DNA of 64,000 nt from Candidatus Pacearchaeota archaeon (GCA_017608235.1 JAFCGI010000001.1:1423-65422); one strand, 5' to 3'. Numbered from the stretch's first letter, positions 49,976-60,570 are shown. Notes: generated by a model from the letters alone, not told the origin. Numbers and translations: made by a program.

Positions 49976-51172
49976 TTATAAATAGTAAAAAACAACTACA
50001 AGAATTAATGATCCCATTGCATGAATTCTATGTGTTCCTGTTAGAGGTGCAAGAAGGCCGATAGCAGATGCTGTAATTAAGATTAGTATGCCTTTAAAAT
50101 TTGAGAAATAGAATGTAAGCGCTGCTAGGAATAAGATAATTATTATGGATATTTTTTGATAGCTTATTTTATGAATATAATTTGCAAATAGTTTTCCAAA
50201 GTTTAAAGTTAGGATGATTGCAATTCCTAGTGCAATGGTTGCGGAAAGAAGCAAGATTATGAATTCTTGTTGAGAGATGTTTATTATTTGTTTGAGTACT
50301 GTCATGGTTCCATTTCTGGCTTTGTTTATTGCAAATAATGTTGTGAGGGTGAAGAAAGCTGCAGCAGTATTTATTCCGCCCATTATTGTTAAGAAACTTT
50401 CTTGGTTTTTGAATTTAGTAAATCCTTGGCTTATGATTGTTGCTTGTGCAGCACCGATTCCAGGAAATATGCTTACAAATAAAGATGAGAAACTTGATTT
50501 AATTAAGTCTGAAATTTTTGGAAATCTAGCATTTGAAGTTAGAGTTTGTTTAGGAATTTTTGTATGAGATTTAATGCTGATTAATAATGTGGAAATACCA
50601 AATAAACCAGAGAATAATGGAAATAATGGTTCTTGGATATTTATATGATTAAGTACAAGAAGTCCAAGGATTCCAGATAACAGGAAGATGATAGATGCCC
50701 AGATTTTATTTTTAAGAGTTGGTTCTTTTAGAATAAACAAGATTGAAAGTATTATCAGAAGAGGTGCAATTATTTTTGCAAGGTGTAAGTAGGTTTCATT
50801 TAGATAGAAATATATTAGTAAGATTAGAGGCAGGCTGAATAGAAAAGTTCCTAGTCCACCAAGTATTGTTAGTTTAAGTGCATGATAGCCTTTGCCATCT
50901 AGTAGAAATTTGTGTCCTGGAAGAACTCCGAGAGCAGTAGCTGGTTCTGGTGCACCAAGAAATATGCTTGGAATAAAGTCAAGAAAGCTATGAACTACCA
51001 ACATTACAATTAGCATTGAAGCGATCTCTAAATTTGTAAAGTAATTAGAAAGCTTGGATATGCTGGCAAGTGCAAGTATAGAAATGGTATTTGTATGTAT
51101 TCCAGGAATTAAGCCTGAAATGATTCCTGCAAGACAACCTAGAAATATTAAAGTTAGGAGCATTTTATACAA
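49976..51172 (-). CDS. TctA/DUF112 family membrane protein
   Basis: GLIPGIHTN, HSFLDFIPSIFLGAP..ALGVLPGH. Confidence 0.82.
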   Translation of the reverse strand: MYKMLLTLIFLGCLAGIISGLIPGIHTNTISILALASISKLSNYFTNLEIASMLIVMLVVHSFLDFIPSIFLGAPEPATALGVLPGHKFLLDGKGYHALKLTILGGLGTFLFSLPLILLIYFYLNETYLHLAKIIAPLLIILSILFILKEPTLKNKIWASIIFLLSGILGLLVLNHINIQEPLFPLFSGLFGISTLLISIKSHTKIPKQTLTSNARFPKISDLIKSSFSSLFVSIFPGIGAAQATIISQGFTKFKNQESFLTIMGGINTAAAFFTLTTLFAINKARNGTMTVLKQIINISQQEFIILLLSATIALGIAIILTLNFGKLFANYIHKISYQKISIIIILFLAALTFYFSNFKGILILITASAIGLLAPLTGTHRIHAMGSLILVVVFYYL

Positions 51173-51519
51173 TCTATTTCAGAGGCAAGAATTTCAAGTT
51201 TGCTTTCATAGAATTGAAGTTTTCCAGTAACTTTGATTATGTTATTTTTCTTTAGCTGAATTTTTGGATCATCAAAAAATACTATTAAAAGTTTAGAAGA
51301 GTTATCTTTAATATTTAGAAAATTTATGTTTTCTTTATATGTAGCTTTTATTATAGTTCCCTGAGTAGTTATTTCTTTTCCCAAGTGGTCTTCTGTGTTG
51401 GACAAGATCTCGGAAATTGTTAGCTCTTCAGGATTTGAGGTTTTTGCAATTAAGAAAAGTAAAGATATTCCAATTAAACTTATTATTAAAGAGACAAGTG
51501 TAAGTGTTTTATTTTTCAT
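51154..51519 (-). CDS. Membrane-anchored OB-fold protein
   Basis: N-terminal TM helix; IKDNS...IKVTGKLQFYESKLEI. Confidence 0.7.
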   Translation of the reverse strand: MKNKTLTLVSLIISLIGISLLFLIAKTSNPEELTISEILSNTEDHLGKEITTQGTIIKATYKENINFLNIKDNSSKLLIVFFDDPKIQLKKNNIIKVTGKLQFYESKLEILASEIDCIKCS

Positions 51520-51577
51520 GAGAATAATAGTATTTGAGTGAATAAATGTTTATATATTTCTGAATTTTTGCAAGCCT

Positions 51578-52228
51578 ATGCCGATTGTTAGTGAAAAAAT
51601 AGCAGAATATACTTATGATACTTATAATGGTAGGTTTATTGTATTGGAAGGCATTAATGGGTGTGGCAAAGGTACACAAGCAGACATGCTTTCTGAATTT
51701 TTAATTAAAAGAGAATATTCTGTTTTACAAACAGAAGAACCTTGGAGAAAAGGTTTAGGACTAGTAATTAAGAAAACTATAGATAAAGATCATAATTATA
51801 AGAATCCAAGATATGATGCTTTGCTTTTTACTGCAGACAGAATAAGGCACATGGATGAAGAAATACTACCTGCTTTAGAAGCAGGAAAAACAGTTATATG
51901 TGACAGATTCTATCATAGCACTTTAGCATATCAAACTACTGATGGATTAGATATTGATTGGCTAAAAAGTTTAAATGATAATATTATGATTCCAGATTTA
52001 ACTTTGATAATTGATGTTCCAGCAGATGTTGCTGTTGAAAGATTGCGAAAAAGAGACAGAATTGAAGTTGCCAGATTTGAAGAATATGATTTCTTAGTAG
52101 CATTAAGAGAAACATATCTTGGTTTGGTAGATTATCTGAGAGATGAGAATGTTCAAGTGATTGATGGTAGTAAGAGCATTACAAAAACATATGATAGTAT
52201 TATTTCTAAAGTGGAGGAGATATTATGA
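51578..52228 (+). CDS. tmk: Thymidylate kinase
   Basis: LEGINGCGKGTQ, LLFTADR, ICDRFYHSTLAYQ, PDLT. Confidence 0.93.
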   Translation: MPIVSEKIAEYTYDTYNGRFIVLEGINGCGKGTQADMLSEFLIKREYSVLQTEEPWRKGLGLVIKKTIDKDHNYKNPRYDALLFTADRIRHMDEEILPALEAGKTVICDRFYHSTLAYQTTDGLDIDWLKSLNDNIMIPDLTLIIDVPADVAVERLRKRDRIEVARFEEYDFLVALRETYLGLVDYLRDENVQVIDGSKSITKTYDSIISKVEEIL

Positions 52229-52788
52229 GTAATTATAAGTTAGTTGGATTAACTGGGCCAATAGCTTCTGGTAAAGGTGTATTAGGAGATTATTTAGTTG
52301 ATGAGTTAGGATGGAATTATATTTCTTTATCTGGGCTTGTAAGAGAGGAAGCTAGACGCAGAAATATAGCAGAAGAAAGAGAGAATTTGATTAATATTGG
52401 AAATTCTTTAAGAGCAGAAAGAGGTCCAGGTGTTCTAGGAGAACTAGCATATGAAAAAATGTTAGCTAAAGAATATCAGAATGTAGTAGTAGATGGTATA
52501 AGAAATCCTGGAGAAATTCATGTTTTAAGAAATCAATCTAATTATAAGGTTTTGATAATTGGAGTAAATGCAGAAGCAGAAATAAGATACAAGCGAGCTT
52601 TAGAAAGGGCAAGAGATTCAGATCCAATAACTTTAGATCATATTAGAAAGATAGATAAAAAAGATAGAGCTATTGGGATTGAAGGTTGTTTAGAGATAGC
52701 AGATATATTGATTTATAATCATGAACATATAAGTATGGAAGAACTTGTATCTAATTTTAAAGATATCTTAGCAGAGAAAGGATTTTGA
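52225..52788 (+). CDS. P-loop nucleotide kinase-like protein (COG0237/dephospho-CoA kinase-like)
   Basis: GLTGPIASGKG, VVDGIRNPGE, RYKR...R. Confidence 0.75.
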   Translation: MSNYKLVGLTGPIASGKGVLGDYLVDELGWNYISLSGLVREEARRRNIAEERENLINIGNSLRAERGPGVLGELAYEKMLAKEYQNVVVDGIRNPGEIHVLRNQSNYKVLIIGVNAEAEIRYKRALERARDSDPITLDHIRKIDKKDRAIGIEGCLEIADILIYNHEHISMEELVSNFKDILAEKGF

Positions 52789-52849
52789 TAGAGTTATTTG
52801 ATTGAGCAAATAAATCTTTAAATAATTTTGAGGGCAGGAAGTAGGGAAA

Positions 52850-54496
52850 ATGAAATCTTCTAAAGAAATCTTAGATAGTGCAGAATCTTTTTTGGAGACT
52901 GCTGATAGTTATGTTATTTTAGATAAGCCAAGAGTTAATTTACTTAGTTATGATCCATCCATACAAAGTTTATCTTTAAATTATATTAGAAGTAAGTATC
53001 ATTTCTTTTTGAAAACTGTGGAACGGTCTAGAGAACAGCAACTAGATGAAAGTTTATTTAATCAATTTTTAGCAGATATTGCAGTATCAAGAGGAGATCT
53101 TGCTGTATTTGATAGAGGCCATATTCATTTTAAACTTAATTGTACTAGAGTTGGTACGAATGATATATTAAGGCATTATAGTATGAGATTTTTTCAGACA
53201 GGTCAAAGAAAGCAAATAGATTTGAATGTTCTTGATTCTGAAGATATATCTCAAAGTATTAGATATTTTTTGCCGCCTGAATGGGTTAAAGCTAGAGATC
53301 TAGCAGAGGAATTTAATTCTGCTATGAGTTATGTTGCACATTTAGTTAAACATGCAATAGATTTAGGAATGCCATCAGATCAAGCAAGATATATTATTCC
53401 TAATGCAGCAACTACTACTTTGGAAATGAGTGGTAGTTTGAGAAGCTTTTTTTCTTATGTTGGTTTAAGAGCTTGTGAACAAGCGCAGTTTGAGAATCAA
53501 TTTTTATCAGAGAAAGTGGCTAAGAAGCTCAAGGAAATATTGCCAGACCTTACCCAAAAACTTGGACCTAGATGCGTGTATGATCCTAGATGCAGAGAAG
53601 GAAAAAATTCTTGCGGTAAAATAAAAGAGAAAAGAGATTTGTTTGTTGGAGATGGTTCTGGTTTAGAGTATGTTATTAAGAGAGCTCAGATGCAAATAGA
53701 TAGTATTGATGAAATAGAATTTAATAATCAAGGATTTTTAAGCAATCTTTCTGATGCTTATAACGAGTATGTAAGTCTTGAGGAATCTAATGAGTTGCCA
53801 TTAGTTGAACTTGAAGCAAGATTTAATTCTGGAATATCTAATTTAGAAGAGTTTACAGCGCAGCTTGCGAAAAATACATTTAAAAGGTATACTGGAAAGA
53901 CTTTTGCATCTGATGATAAATTAACTATTGAACAAGTAGCAAATATTTGTAGAAATATAGTTAAAGCAGGACATTATGGAGCATTAGGACATCAGCATCT
54001 TAGCTATGATACTAAGATTTCTAGAGTTATGCTCCAAAAATTTGCAAGGCATCATTCTTTAGTTTTGATGGCATCTAGCCAACATCATAGTATTCATGCT
54101 AATTTTGAATATATTATGCCACCAATGTGGGAAAAATTAGGATTAGGAACAGAATTCCATACTATTGTTAGGTATTTAAATAATCTTTATACTAGAGCTA
54201 TGGATGCAGGAATTCCAAGAGATCAAGCAAGATATTGTCTGCCTACTTGTGCTACAACAAATCTTATGATCTCAGCATCTCCAAGATCTTTATTTTCTTT
54301 AGCAGCTCAGAGGACTTGTCCAAGTAATAGTTGGGAGGAAAGAGAAATAGTTTCTATGATAGTAGATGATGCAAGAGAAAGATATTCAAATCTTTTTTAT
54401 TATCTAGGACCTAAGTGTTTACTAAAACTTTGTGGGGCTAAGTGTGAATATGAGGATGAGGTTAGGAATAAGTACTTAGTGGATGGCGATGAGTGA
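52850..54496 (+). CDS. thyX: Tandem two-domain ThyX-like (FAD-dependent thymidylate synthase) protein, divergent
   Basis: Two repeats of RH..., GMPSDQARYIIP / GIPRDQARYCLP, SLRSF..GLRAC..AQFE / SPRSL..QRTC..SWE, LGPRC / LGPKC; flanked by tmk and dCMP deaminase. Confidence 0.8.
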   Translation: MKSSKEILDSAESFLETADSYVILDKPRVNLLSYDPSIQSLSLNYIRSKYHFFLKTVERSREQQLDESLFNQFLADIAVSRGDLAVFDRGHIHFKLNCTRVGTNDILRHYSMRFFQTGQRKQIDLNVLDSEDISQSIRYFLPPEWVKARDLAEEFNSAMSYVAHLVKHAIDLGMPSDQARYIIPNAATTTLEMSGSLRSFFSYVGLRACEQAQFENQFLSEKVAKKLKEILPDLTQKLGPRCVYDPRCREGKNSCGKIKEKRDLFVGDGSGLEYVIKRAQMQIDSIDEIEFNNQGFLSNLSDAYNEYVSLEESNELPLVELEARFNSGISNLEEFTAQLAKNTFKRYTGKTFASDDKLTIEQVANICRNIVKAGHYGALGHQHLSYDTKISRVMLQKFARHHSLVLMASSQHHSIHANFEYIMPPMWEKLGLGTEFHTIVRYLNNLYTRAMDAGIPRDQARYCLPTCATTNLMISASPRSLFSLAAQRTCPSNSWEEREIVSMIVDDARERYSNLFYYLGPKCLLKLCGAKCEYEDEVRNKYLVDGDE

Positions 54497-54956
54497 TTAC
54501 AGCAAGATAAGAAATTTGTTAGAAGAAGCATTATCTATGTCTAGATGTCTTAAACATCCTGTTGCAGCAGTGATTGAAACTCCAACAGGAGAATATGTTA
54601 TTGGATATAATGGTCCTAGTGATAGGATTGGAGATCATTTGGAGTGTGATAGAAAGGGACTTCATAGTGGAGTTCATATGGAAAGATGTCCTGGGACTCA
54701 TGCAGAAATAAGAGCAATTGCTAATGCTGCTAGAGAAGGGATACTTATAGATAGATCTACATTGTATTTGAGCAGTTGGTTTCCATGTGATAATTGTGCA
54801 AAAAACATGATTGAAGCAGGCATAATAAAATTTGTAACTCCAGATCCTATAAAGTATGAACCAAATAGTGCTTATAATTTTGAGATGGCTGAAAGATTAA
54901 TGAGAGATTCTGGAATAGAAATTATTGTGAATGAAGATATTAGGCCTCGAATTTGA
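54483..54956 (+). CDS. dCMP deaminase
   Basis: SRCLKHPVAAVI, GYNG, HAEIRAI, FPCDNCAK. Confidence 0.85.
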   Translation: MAMSDYSKIRNLLEEALSMSRCLKHPVAAVIETPTGEYVIGYNGPSDRIGDHLECDRKGLHSGVHMERCPGTHAEIRAIANAAREGILIDRSTLYLSSWFPCDNCAKNMIEAGIIKFVTPDPIKYEPNSAYNFEMAERLMRDSGIEIIVNEDIRPRI

Positions 54957-55491
54957 ATTTTTTTATTTCTTCATAGATTGGACCTTTTCCAGTTAGGGTG
55001 CTTTTGAACAAACTAATTTTATTAGCTGTGAAAGATCCAAAGTTTATGGATTGGTTTATAGGTTGTTTAATTAGTTCAAGGAGTTTTTGTTTTTCATTTA
55101 CAGCTTTGACTCTTGCTAAGGTAATGTGTGCATGAAACTTATGATCTTCTTTTTTGAATCCTAGAGGTTCAAGCGATGTTTGAATTTTATTATATAATTC
55201 TTGGAGCTCTGGAGCATATGCTCCAGCCCAAATCACTCTAATATAATTTTCTGAAGGAAATATGCCTAGCTTTTTGATTTGAATATTGAATGGTTTGATG
55301 TCCTTTGAGATTTTTAACAATTCTTTTTCAATTTCAGCAATGTTTCCTATGGAACCTAAAAATTTAAGGGATATATGTAGGTTATTTTTTGCAACAAAAT
55401 TCCCTTTAATTAGTGGTTCTAGCTTAGATTGTAGTTCTGCTAGTTTGTCCTTTATTTCCTGTGGAAGTTCTATTGCTATGAAAGATCTCAT
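54940..55491 (-). CDS. thpR: RNA 2',3'-cyclic phosphodiesterase
   Basis: MRSFIAIELP, HISLKFLG, HITLARVK, GPIY. Confidence 0.92.
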   Translation of the reverse strand: MRSFIAIELPQEIKDKLAELQSKLEPLIKGNFVAKNNLHISLKFLGSIGNIAEIEKELLKISKDIKPFNIQIKKLGIFPSENYIRVIWAGAYAPELQELYNKIQTSLEPLGFKKEDHKFHAHITLARVKAVNEKQKLLELIKQPINQSINFGSFTANKISLFKSTLTGKGPIYEEIKKFKFEA

Positions 55492-55553
55492 TTTATCTCG
55501 CTATAGAAAGGGAGTAGTAAAAGTATAAAAACTTTGATTTTTCTATAAGTATT

Positions 55554-56108
55554 ATGATAATTGGACTTGTAGGAATGCCTGCTTCAGGAAAAAGTACAGC
55601 TGCAGAAAGATTTGAAGAGCACAAGATAAAAAGAATTTATCTTGGAGATTTTATTTGGAAATTTCTTAAGAAGAAAGGCATAAAGAGATCCCAAGATACT
55701 GGGATGATGGCTGGCTTGGCTTTATGGGCAAGTTATGATGATATTCCTATTATGCAATGGGCTGAGAAGCAAATGAAGAAATATAAGAAGCAAGATTTTT
55801 TTATTTTAGATTCCCTAAGAACTGAAACTGAGCATGAGTTTTTGAAGATGAAGCATGATAATTATTTTTTAGTGGCTGTGGTTACTAATTCAGATATAAG
55901 ATTTCAAAGAGAGAAGAAGAGATCTAGATTTAGAGAGAAAATTAATTATGAGGATTTCAGAAGGCGTGATAAAGAAGAGCTTAGGATGGGTATTGGAAAT
56001 CTAATAGCAAGAGCAGATTTCTATATTGATGCTAATAATTCTATTTCTGATGTAAATAAACAGGTTGACGAAATAGTTAAAAAACTAATCCCAGAGCCTG
56101 AAAAATAG
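55554..56108 (+). CDS. P-loop kinase-like protein (COG0237 family)
   Basis: GLVGMPASGKST, DSLR, RDKEEL.MGIG.LIARAD. Confidence 0.78.
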   Translation: MIIGLVGMPASGKSTAAERFEEHKIKRIYLGDFIWKFLKKKGIKRSQDTGMMAGLALWASYDDIPIMQWAEKQMKKYKKQDFFILDSLRTETEHEFLKMKHDNYFLVAVVTNSDIRFQREKKRSRFREKINYEDFRRRDKEELRMGIGNLIARADFYIDANNSISDVNKQVDEIVKKLIPEPEK

Positions 56109-56151
56109 AAAGGTTTTTATTTCTAAATAAAGATCTATTAGTTAATAATTA

Positions 56152-56421
56152 ATGGTGATAAGAGTGGCAGAAGATAAAAAATTCTCAAAACAAATTGTGG
56201 GGAAGACAGTAGTAAGTAAATCTGGAAAGAAATTTGGATTGGTTGGAGATTTGGTTTTTGAGATAAGGACTGGAGAATTAATTTATGTTGTACTAAAAGA
56301 TCCAACTAGTTTTGCTAGTTCTTTGGAACTAGAAGTAAAAGATGGAAATACATTGATTCCATTTAGTTCTGTACTAGCAGTTGGAGACTTTGTGGTTGTA
56401 GCAGAGGAAGATATAGTTTAA
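56152..56421 (+). CDS. PRC-barrel domain protein
   Basis: GKTVVSKSGKKFGLVGDL..TGEL...IPFSSVLAVGDFVVV. Confidence 0.87.
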   Translation: MVIRVAEDKKFSKQIVGKTVVSKSGKKFGLVGDLVFEIRTGELIYVVLKDPTSFASSLELEVKDGNTLIPFSSVLAVGDFVVVAEEDIV

Positions 56422-56575
56422 GATTCCACAAAGTTTTACTTATTCTTATTTTGATTCTTATTCTGTGTAGTAGAGGGAGATATTAGTTAGTTTTTTATTT
56501 TGAATTTCTAATTTGTTTTGATTTGTTTATTTAATTATCTAAAGGTATTTATTTTGAATTATTTTCTAGTAAATT

Positions 56576-57346
56576 ATGATTACAAAAGCAGTTATTCCAG
56601 CAGCAGGCAGAGGAACAAGAGCAGGAGCAAGACATATTCCTAAGGAGATGTATCCTGTTGGAGATAATCAATATCCAATTATACAATATGTTGTTGAAGA
56701 ATTAATTCATTCAGGAATTGATGATATCTTAATAATTACTAGAACTGGTAAGAGAGTGATAGAAGATCATTTTAGTCAGCCTCCTGAAGATCTTGCTAGG
56801 TTAATTGAAGAAAATAATATTACTTTTTTTTATACTAATCAGGATGAGCCTAAAGGATTAGGGCATGCAGTATTGCTTGCGAGAAAATATATGGGAAATA
56901 GTCCTTTTATTTTAGCTTTGGGAGATGATATAGTTAAGTCTGAAACTCCTTGTGCTAGACAGTTAATTGATTTGTATAATTTTTATAGGGGTCCAGTTAT
57001 TGCTGTTGAAGAAGTTCCAGAAGAAAGAGTTAGCAGATATGGTATTATTTCTCCAGAAAAAATACGAGAGGGAGTGTATTTTATTAATGATTTGATAGAA
57101 AAGCCTGCTCAGGAGGATGCTCCATCGAGCCTTGCTGTTGTAGGAAGATATGCTCTAACTTCAGAGATATTTGATATACTTGCAGATACAAAGCCAGGAA
57201 TAAATAATGAGATACAGCTTACAGATGCTTTGCAAGTATTATGTAAGAGAAGGGCAATGTATGCTATTGAATATGAAGGACAGAGATTTGATGCTGGAGA
57301 TAGAGATGGGAGAATAGAAGCTGAGAAAGTGTTTAATAGCTTATGA
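56576..57346 (+). CDS. galU: UTP-glucose-1-phosphate uridylyltransferase-like nucleotidyltransferase
   Basis: KAVIPAAGRGTR, PKEM, GLGHAV, LGDD, EKP, EIQLTDAL. Confidence 0.85.
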   Translation: MITKAVIPAAGRGTRAGARHIPKEMYPVGDNQYPIIQYVVEELIHSGIDDILIITRTGKRVIEDHFSQPPEDLARLIEENNITFFYTNQDEPKGLGHAVLLARKYMGNSPFILALGDDIVKSETPCARQLIDLYNFYRGPVIAVEEVPEERVSRYGIISPEKIREGVYFINDLIEKPAQEDAPSSLAVVGRYALTSEIFDILADTKPGINNEIQLTDALQVLCKRRAMYAIEYEGQRFDAGDRDGRIEAEKVFNSL

Positions 57347-57426
57347 TTAGTAAGTTTTTGTAAAAAGCAGTATATTGTGTTTTGAATGAAGACAAGTTTA
57401 TATATCTTTAGTATATCCACAATAAA

Positions 57427-59190
57427 ATGAATATTAAAGAAATTTTTAATCATAATAATAGGATTTTTGTGGTTGCAGAGATAGCTGGTGCGCATGATGG
57501 TTCTGTTGAAACCATGAAGAATTTAATTAAGGTTGCTTCTGATTCTGGTGTTAATGCTGTTAAATTTCAGATTTTTAGAGCAAATAAACTTGTGGTTAAA
57601 GATCATCCTAAGTATGCTTCTTTTAAACAGAAAGAATTTTCTAAAGAACAATGGCTAGACATTTCAGAATATGCTAAGAGTTTTGGCTTATCTATTTTTG
57701 CAGATGTTTTTGATAGAGAAAGTTTAGATATTGCAGAAGAATTTGGGGCAGAAGCGTATAAAATACATTCTAGCATAATTTCAGATGTTTTTTTACTTAG
57801 AGACATAGCTAAGACAAGAAAAACAATTTTATTGTCTGTTGGGGGGTCTAAATATATAGAGATAAAAAAAGCATTATCTATTTTTAAAGATAATAATAAG
57901 ATATTGGTTGCAGGATATCAGAATTTTCCAACTAAGATTGAGGATTCTAATCTTGCACTAATTGATTATTTGAAGAAAGAATTTAAGTGTCCTATAGGTT
58001 ATGCAGACCATTGTGATGCTGAGACAAGCATGGCTATGATTTTACCCCTTTTAGCGGTTGTGAAGGGGGCTTGTTTAATAGAAAAACATATCACGCTTGA
58101 TCGATCTTCAAAAGGTACTGATTATTATTCTTCTTTAAACCCTTCTGAAATAAAAAATTTGGTTAAGAATATAATGGAAACTAGAAAGACAATTGGTAAG
58201 AGCAAACTTGATTCTTTTTCAGAAGATGAAGAAAAATATCGTCAAAATATGAAGAAATTTATAGTGTCTTTTAGGAATATTAGGAAAGGAGAGATTATTT
58301 CTTTGGATATGTTGGATTTTAAAAGAACTACAAAACTAGGATTATTACCAAATGAAGCAGACAAGTTAATTGGTAAACAAAGTATAAGAGATATTAAAGA
58401 AGATGAAATTATTAGTTTACAAGATGTAGAAAATAATGTTGCTATTCTTATTGCTGTTAGAATGAAATCTACAAGGCTGCCAAAGAAAGCATTACAAGTT
58501 ATCGAAGGACAAACTTTAATTGAGCATTTAATTGATAGAATGAAACAATGTAAACATGCAAATCATGTTATTTTATGTACATCTATACATCCAGATGACA
58601 GGATTTTGTTAGATATAGCTAAGAAGAAGGACATATTTTATTTTGTTGGTAATGAAAAAAATGTTATGAAGCGTTTTTTAGGTGCTGCTGAAAAGGTTAA
58701 AGCAGATATTATAGTTAGAGTTACAGGGGATAATCCACTTACTTCTCCATATTTTATTGATAGTGCAATAAAACACCATCTTAAGGCAGGAGCAGATTAT
58801 ACATATACTACTGATCTGCCCCAGGGAACTAAAGGAGAAGTTATTTCTGTTTCTGCTTTGAAAAAGGCACATGAATTGGCAGAGGACCCTAATTTTAGTG
58901 AATATATGACTTGGTATTTTACAGATAACCCAAATTTTTTTAAGATAGAAAAAATACTTATTGATGAAGATATGAAGAGGCCTAGTTATAGATTAACTGT
59001 TGATACTCCAGAAGATTTAGAATTAATTAAGAAAATATATGGAAAATTATATGAGCATGGACAGATTATTCCATTGAAAGCAGTTATTAAGTTTTTAGAT
59101 GAAAATCCAAATCTTTTGAAAATTAATGCAAATATTAAAAGCAAGGATGTTAAAGATAAAGTAAATGTAAGATTAAGATGGTTAAAATAA
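57427..59190 (+). CDS. neuB: NeuB-family synthase fused to SpsF/KdsB-like cytidylyltransferase
   Basis: AEIAGAHDG, VKFQ, GYADH, IEKHITL, SAF domain, then AVRMKSTRLPKK, RVTGDNP, RLTVDTPED. Confidence 0.88.
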   Translation: MNIKEIFNHNNRIFVVAEIAGAHDGSVETMKNLIKVASDSGVNAVKFQIFRANKLVVKDHPKYASFKQKEFSKEQWLDISEYAKSFGLSIFADVFDRESLDIAEEFGAEAYKIHSSIISDVFLLRDIAKTRKTILLSVGGSKYIEIKKALSIFKDNNKILVAGYQNFPTKIEDSNLALIDYLKKEFKCPIGYADHCDAETSMAMILPLLAVVKGACLIEKHITLDRSSKGTDYYSSLNPSEIKNLVKNIMETRKTIGKSKLDSFSEDEEKYRQNMKKFIVSFRNIRKGEIISLDMLDFKRTTKLGLLPNEADKLIGKQSIRDIKEDEIISLQDVENNVAILIAVRMKSTRLPKKALQVIEGQTLIEHLIDRMKQCKHANHVILCTSIHPDDRILLDIAKKKDIFYFVGNEKNVMKRFLGAAEKVKADIIVRVTGDNPLTSPYFIDSAIKHHLKAGADYTYTTDLPQGTKGEVISVSALKKAHELAEDPNFSEYMTWYFTDNPNFFKIEKILIDEDMKRPSYRLTVDTPEDLELIKKIYGKLYEHGQIIPLKAVIKFLDENPNLLKINANIKSKDVKDKVNVRLRWLK

Positions 59191-60569
59191 CAGTATATAT
59201 AACATCTTATAATTATGGAAATTATTTAGATAAAGCAATAAAGAGTGTTCTTGATCAAACTTACCAGGATTTTGAATTATTGATTTTTGATGATGGATCT
59301 ACTGATAATACTAAAGAGATCCTAAAGAAATATGAGGATCATTCAAAGATTAAAATTATCTATCAAGAAAACAAAGGTATGCCTAAGACGTGTAATAGAG
59401 CTTTACAAATGTCTAATGGTGAATATATTATACGTTTAGATGCAGATGATTATTTTGATGAAAATATATTGTTAGTTCTTTCTAATGTTTTAGATATAAG
59501 ATCTAATGTATCTTTAGTATATCCAGATTATTATGAGATTGATTCTAGTGGAAATGTTATTGGATTAGTTAGAAGAAAAAAAATTGTTGAAGAAGCTAAT
59601 TTATTAGATCTTCCAGCACATGGTGCTGGTACTATGATTAGGAAAGACTGTTTAAAAGATCTAGGAGGATATAATGAGACTATTAGTTGCCAAGATGGTT
59701 ATGATTTATGGGTAAGATTTATTCAAAAATATAAGCCAGAGAATGTTAATCTGCCTTTGTTTTATTATAGAAAGCATTCTGATAGTTTAACAACAAATTC
59801 TAAAAAAATATTAGAAACAAGGAAAGATATTAAGAATAAATTTGTTGAAGATAATGGTGTAAAGAAGAAGACATGTATAATTATACCTATTAGAAGAAAA
59901 TCTGTAATATGTGAAAATCTTCCATTAAAGATTATTAATGGTAAGCGGCTAATGGAGTATGCTATTGATGAGGCTGTTAAGACTAGTGTGGATAAAGTTG
60001 TTGTGACTACAGAAGATGAAGTAATATCAGAAATTGCTAAATCTAAGGATATTAATGTAATTATGAGGCCTAAGGAGTTAGGAGAGTTTAATATTCCTAT
60101 AGAACCAACAATTTTATTTGTTTTAGAGCATCTTTCTAAGAAAGAACAGTTTGTTCCAGATATTGTAGGGGTTTTTTATATTACTTCTCCATTAATTAAG
60201 AGTAAACACCTTAGAGAGGCTATTAATACATTGATCATTTATGATGCTGATAGCGTGATTAGCGTTAAGGAAAATGCAAGGTTGCATTATATACATGATA
60301 AATTTGGATTAAAACCATTATTTAACAAGAGAGCTTTAAAACAAGAAAGAGATTTTTTATATGAAGAGAGTGGAGGATTTGTATTTTCCAAAAAAGATAT
60401 AATAAATAAAGAAAATATGGTTGGTAAAAGTATTAGCCATGTTATTTTGACTGATGAAGAAGGTATAGATATTGAAGATAAATTCACTTACTGGCTTGTT
60501 GAACAAATATTAAAAAATAGATCTGTGATTGAAAAAATGAATAATCAAAAAATAGCTAGAGGTTACTAG
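59178..60569 (+). CDS. GT2 glycosyltransferase fused to NeuA-like cytidylyltransferase domain
   Basis: YNYG, DDGSTD, RLDADD; C-terminal IIPIRRKS...YEESGG..IDIED. Confidence 0.85.
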   Translation: MVKITVYITSYNYGNYLDKAIKSVLDQTYQDFELLIFDDGSTDNTKEILKKYEDHSKIKIIYQENKGMPKTCNRALQMSNGEYIIRLDADDYFDENILLVLSNVLDIRSNVSLVYPDYYEIDSSGNVIGLVRRKKIVEEANLLDLPAHGAGTMIRKDCLKDLGGYNETISCQDGYDLWVRFIQKYKPENVNLPLFYYRKHSDSLTTNSKKILETRKDIKNKFVEDNGVKKKTCIIIPIRRKSVICENLPLKIINGKRLMEYAIDEAVKTSVDKVVVTTEDEVISEIAKSKDINVIMRPKELGEFNIPIEPTILFVLEHLSKKEQFVPDIVGVFYITSPLIKSKHLREAINTLIIYDADSVISVKENARLHYIHDKFGLKPLFNKRALKQERDFLYEESGGFVFSKKDIINKENMVGKSISHVILTDEEGIDIEDKFTYWLVEQILKNRSVIEKMNNQKIARGY

Positions 60570-60570
60570 T

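Noticed and set aside
56422..56575. tRNA or structured RNA in the intergenic gap
   Set aside because: T-rich, with no cloverleaf or GC-rich stems; no tRNA/rRNA-like GC island was seen anywhere in the window.
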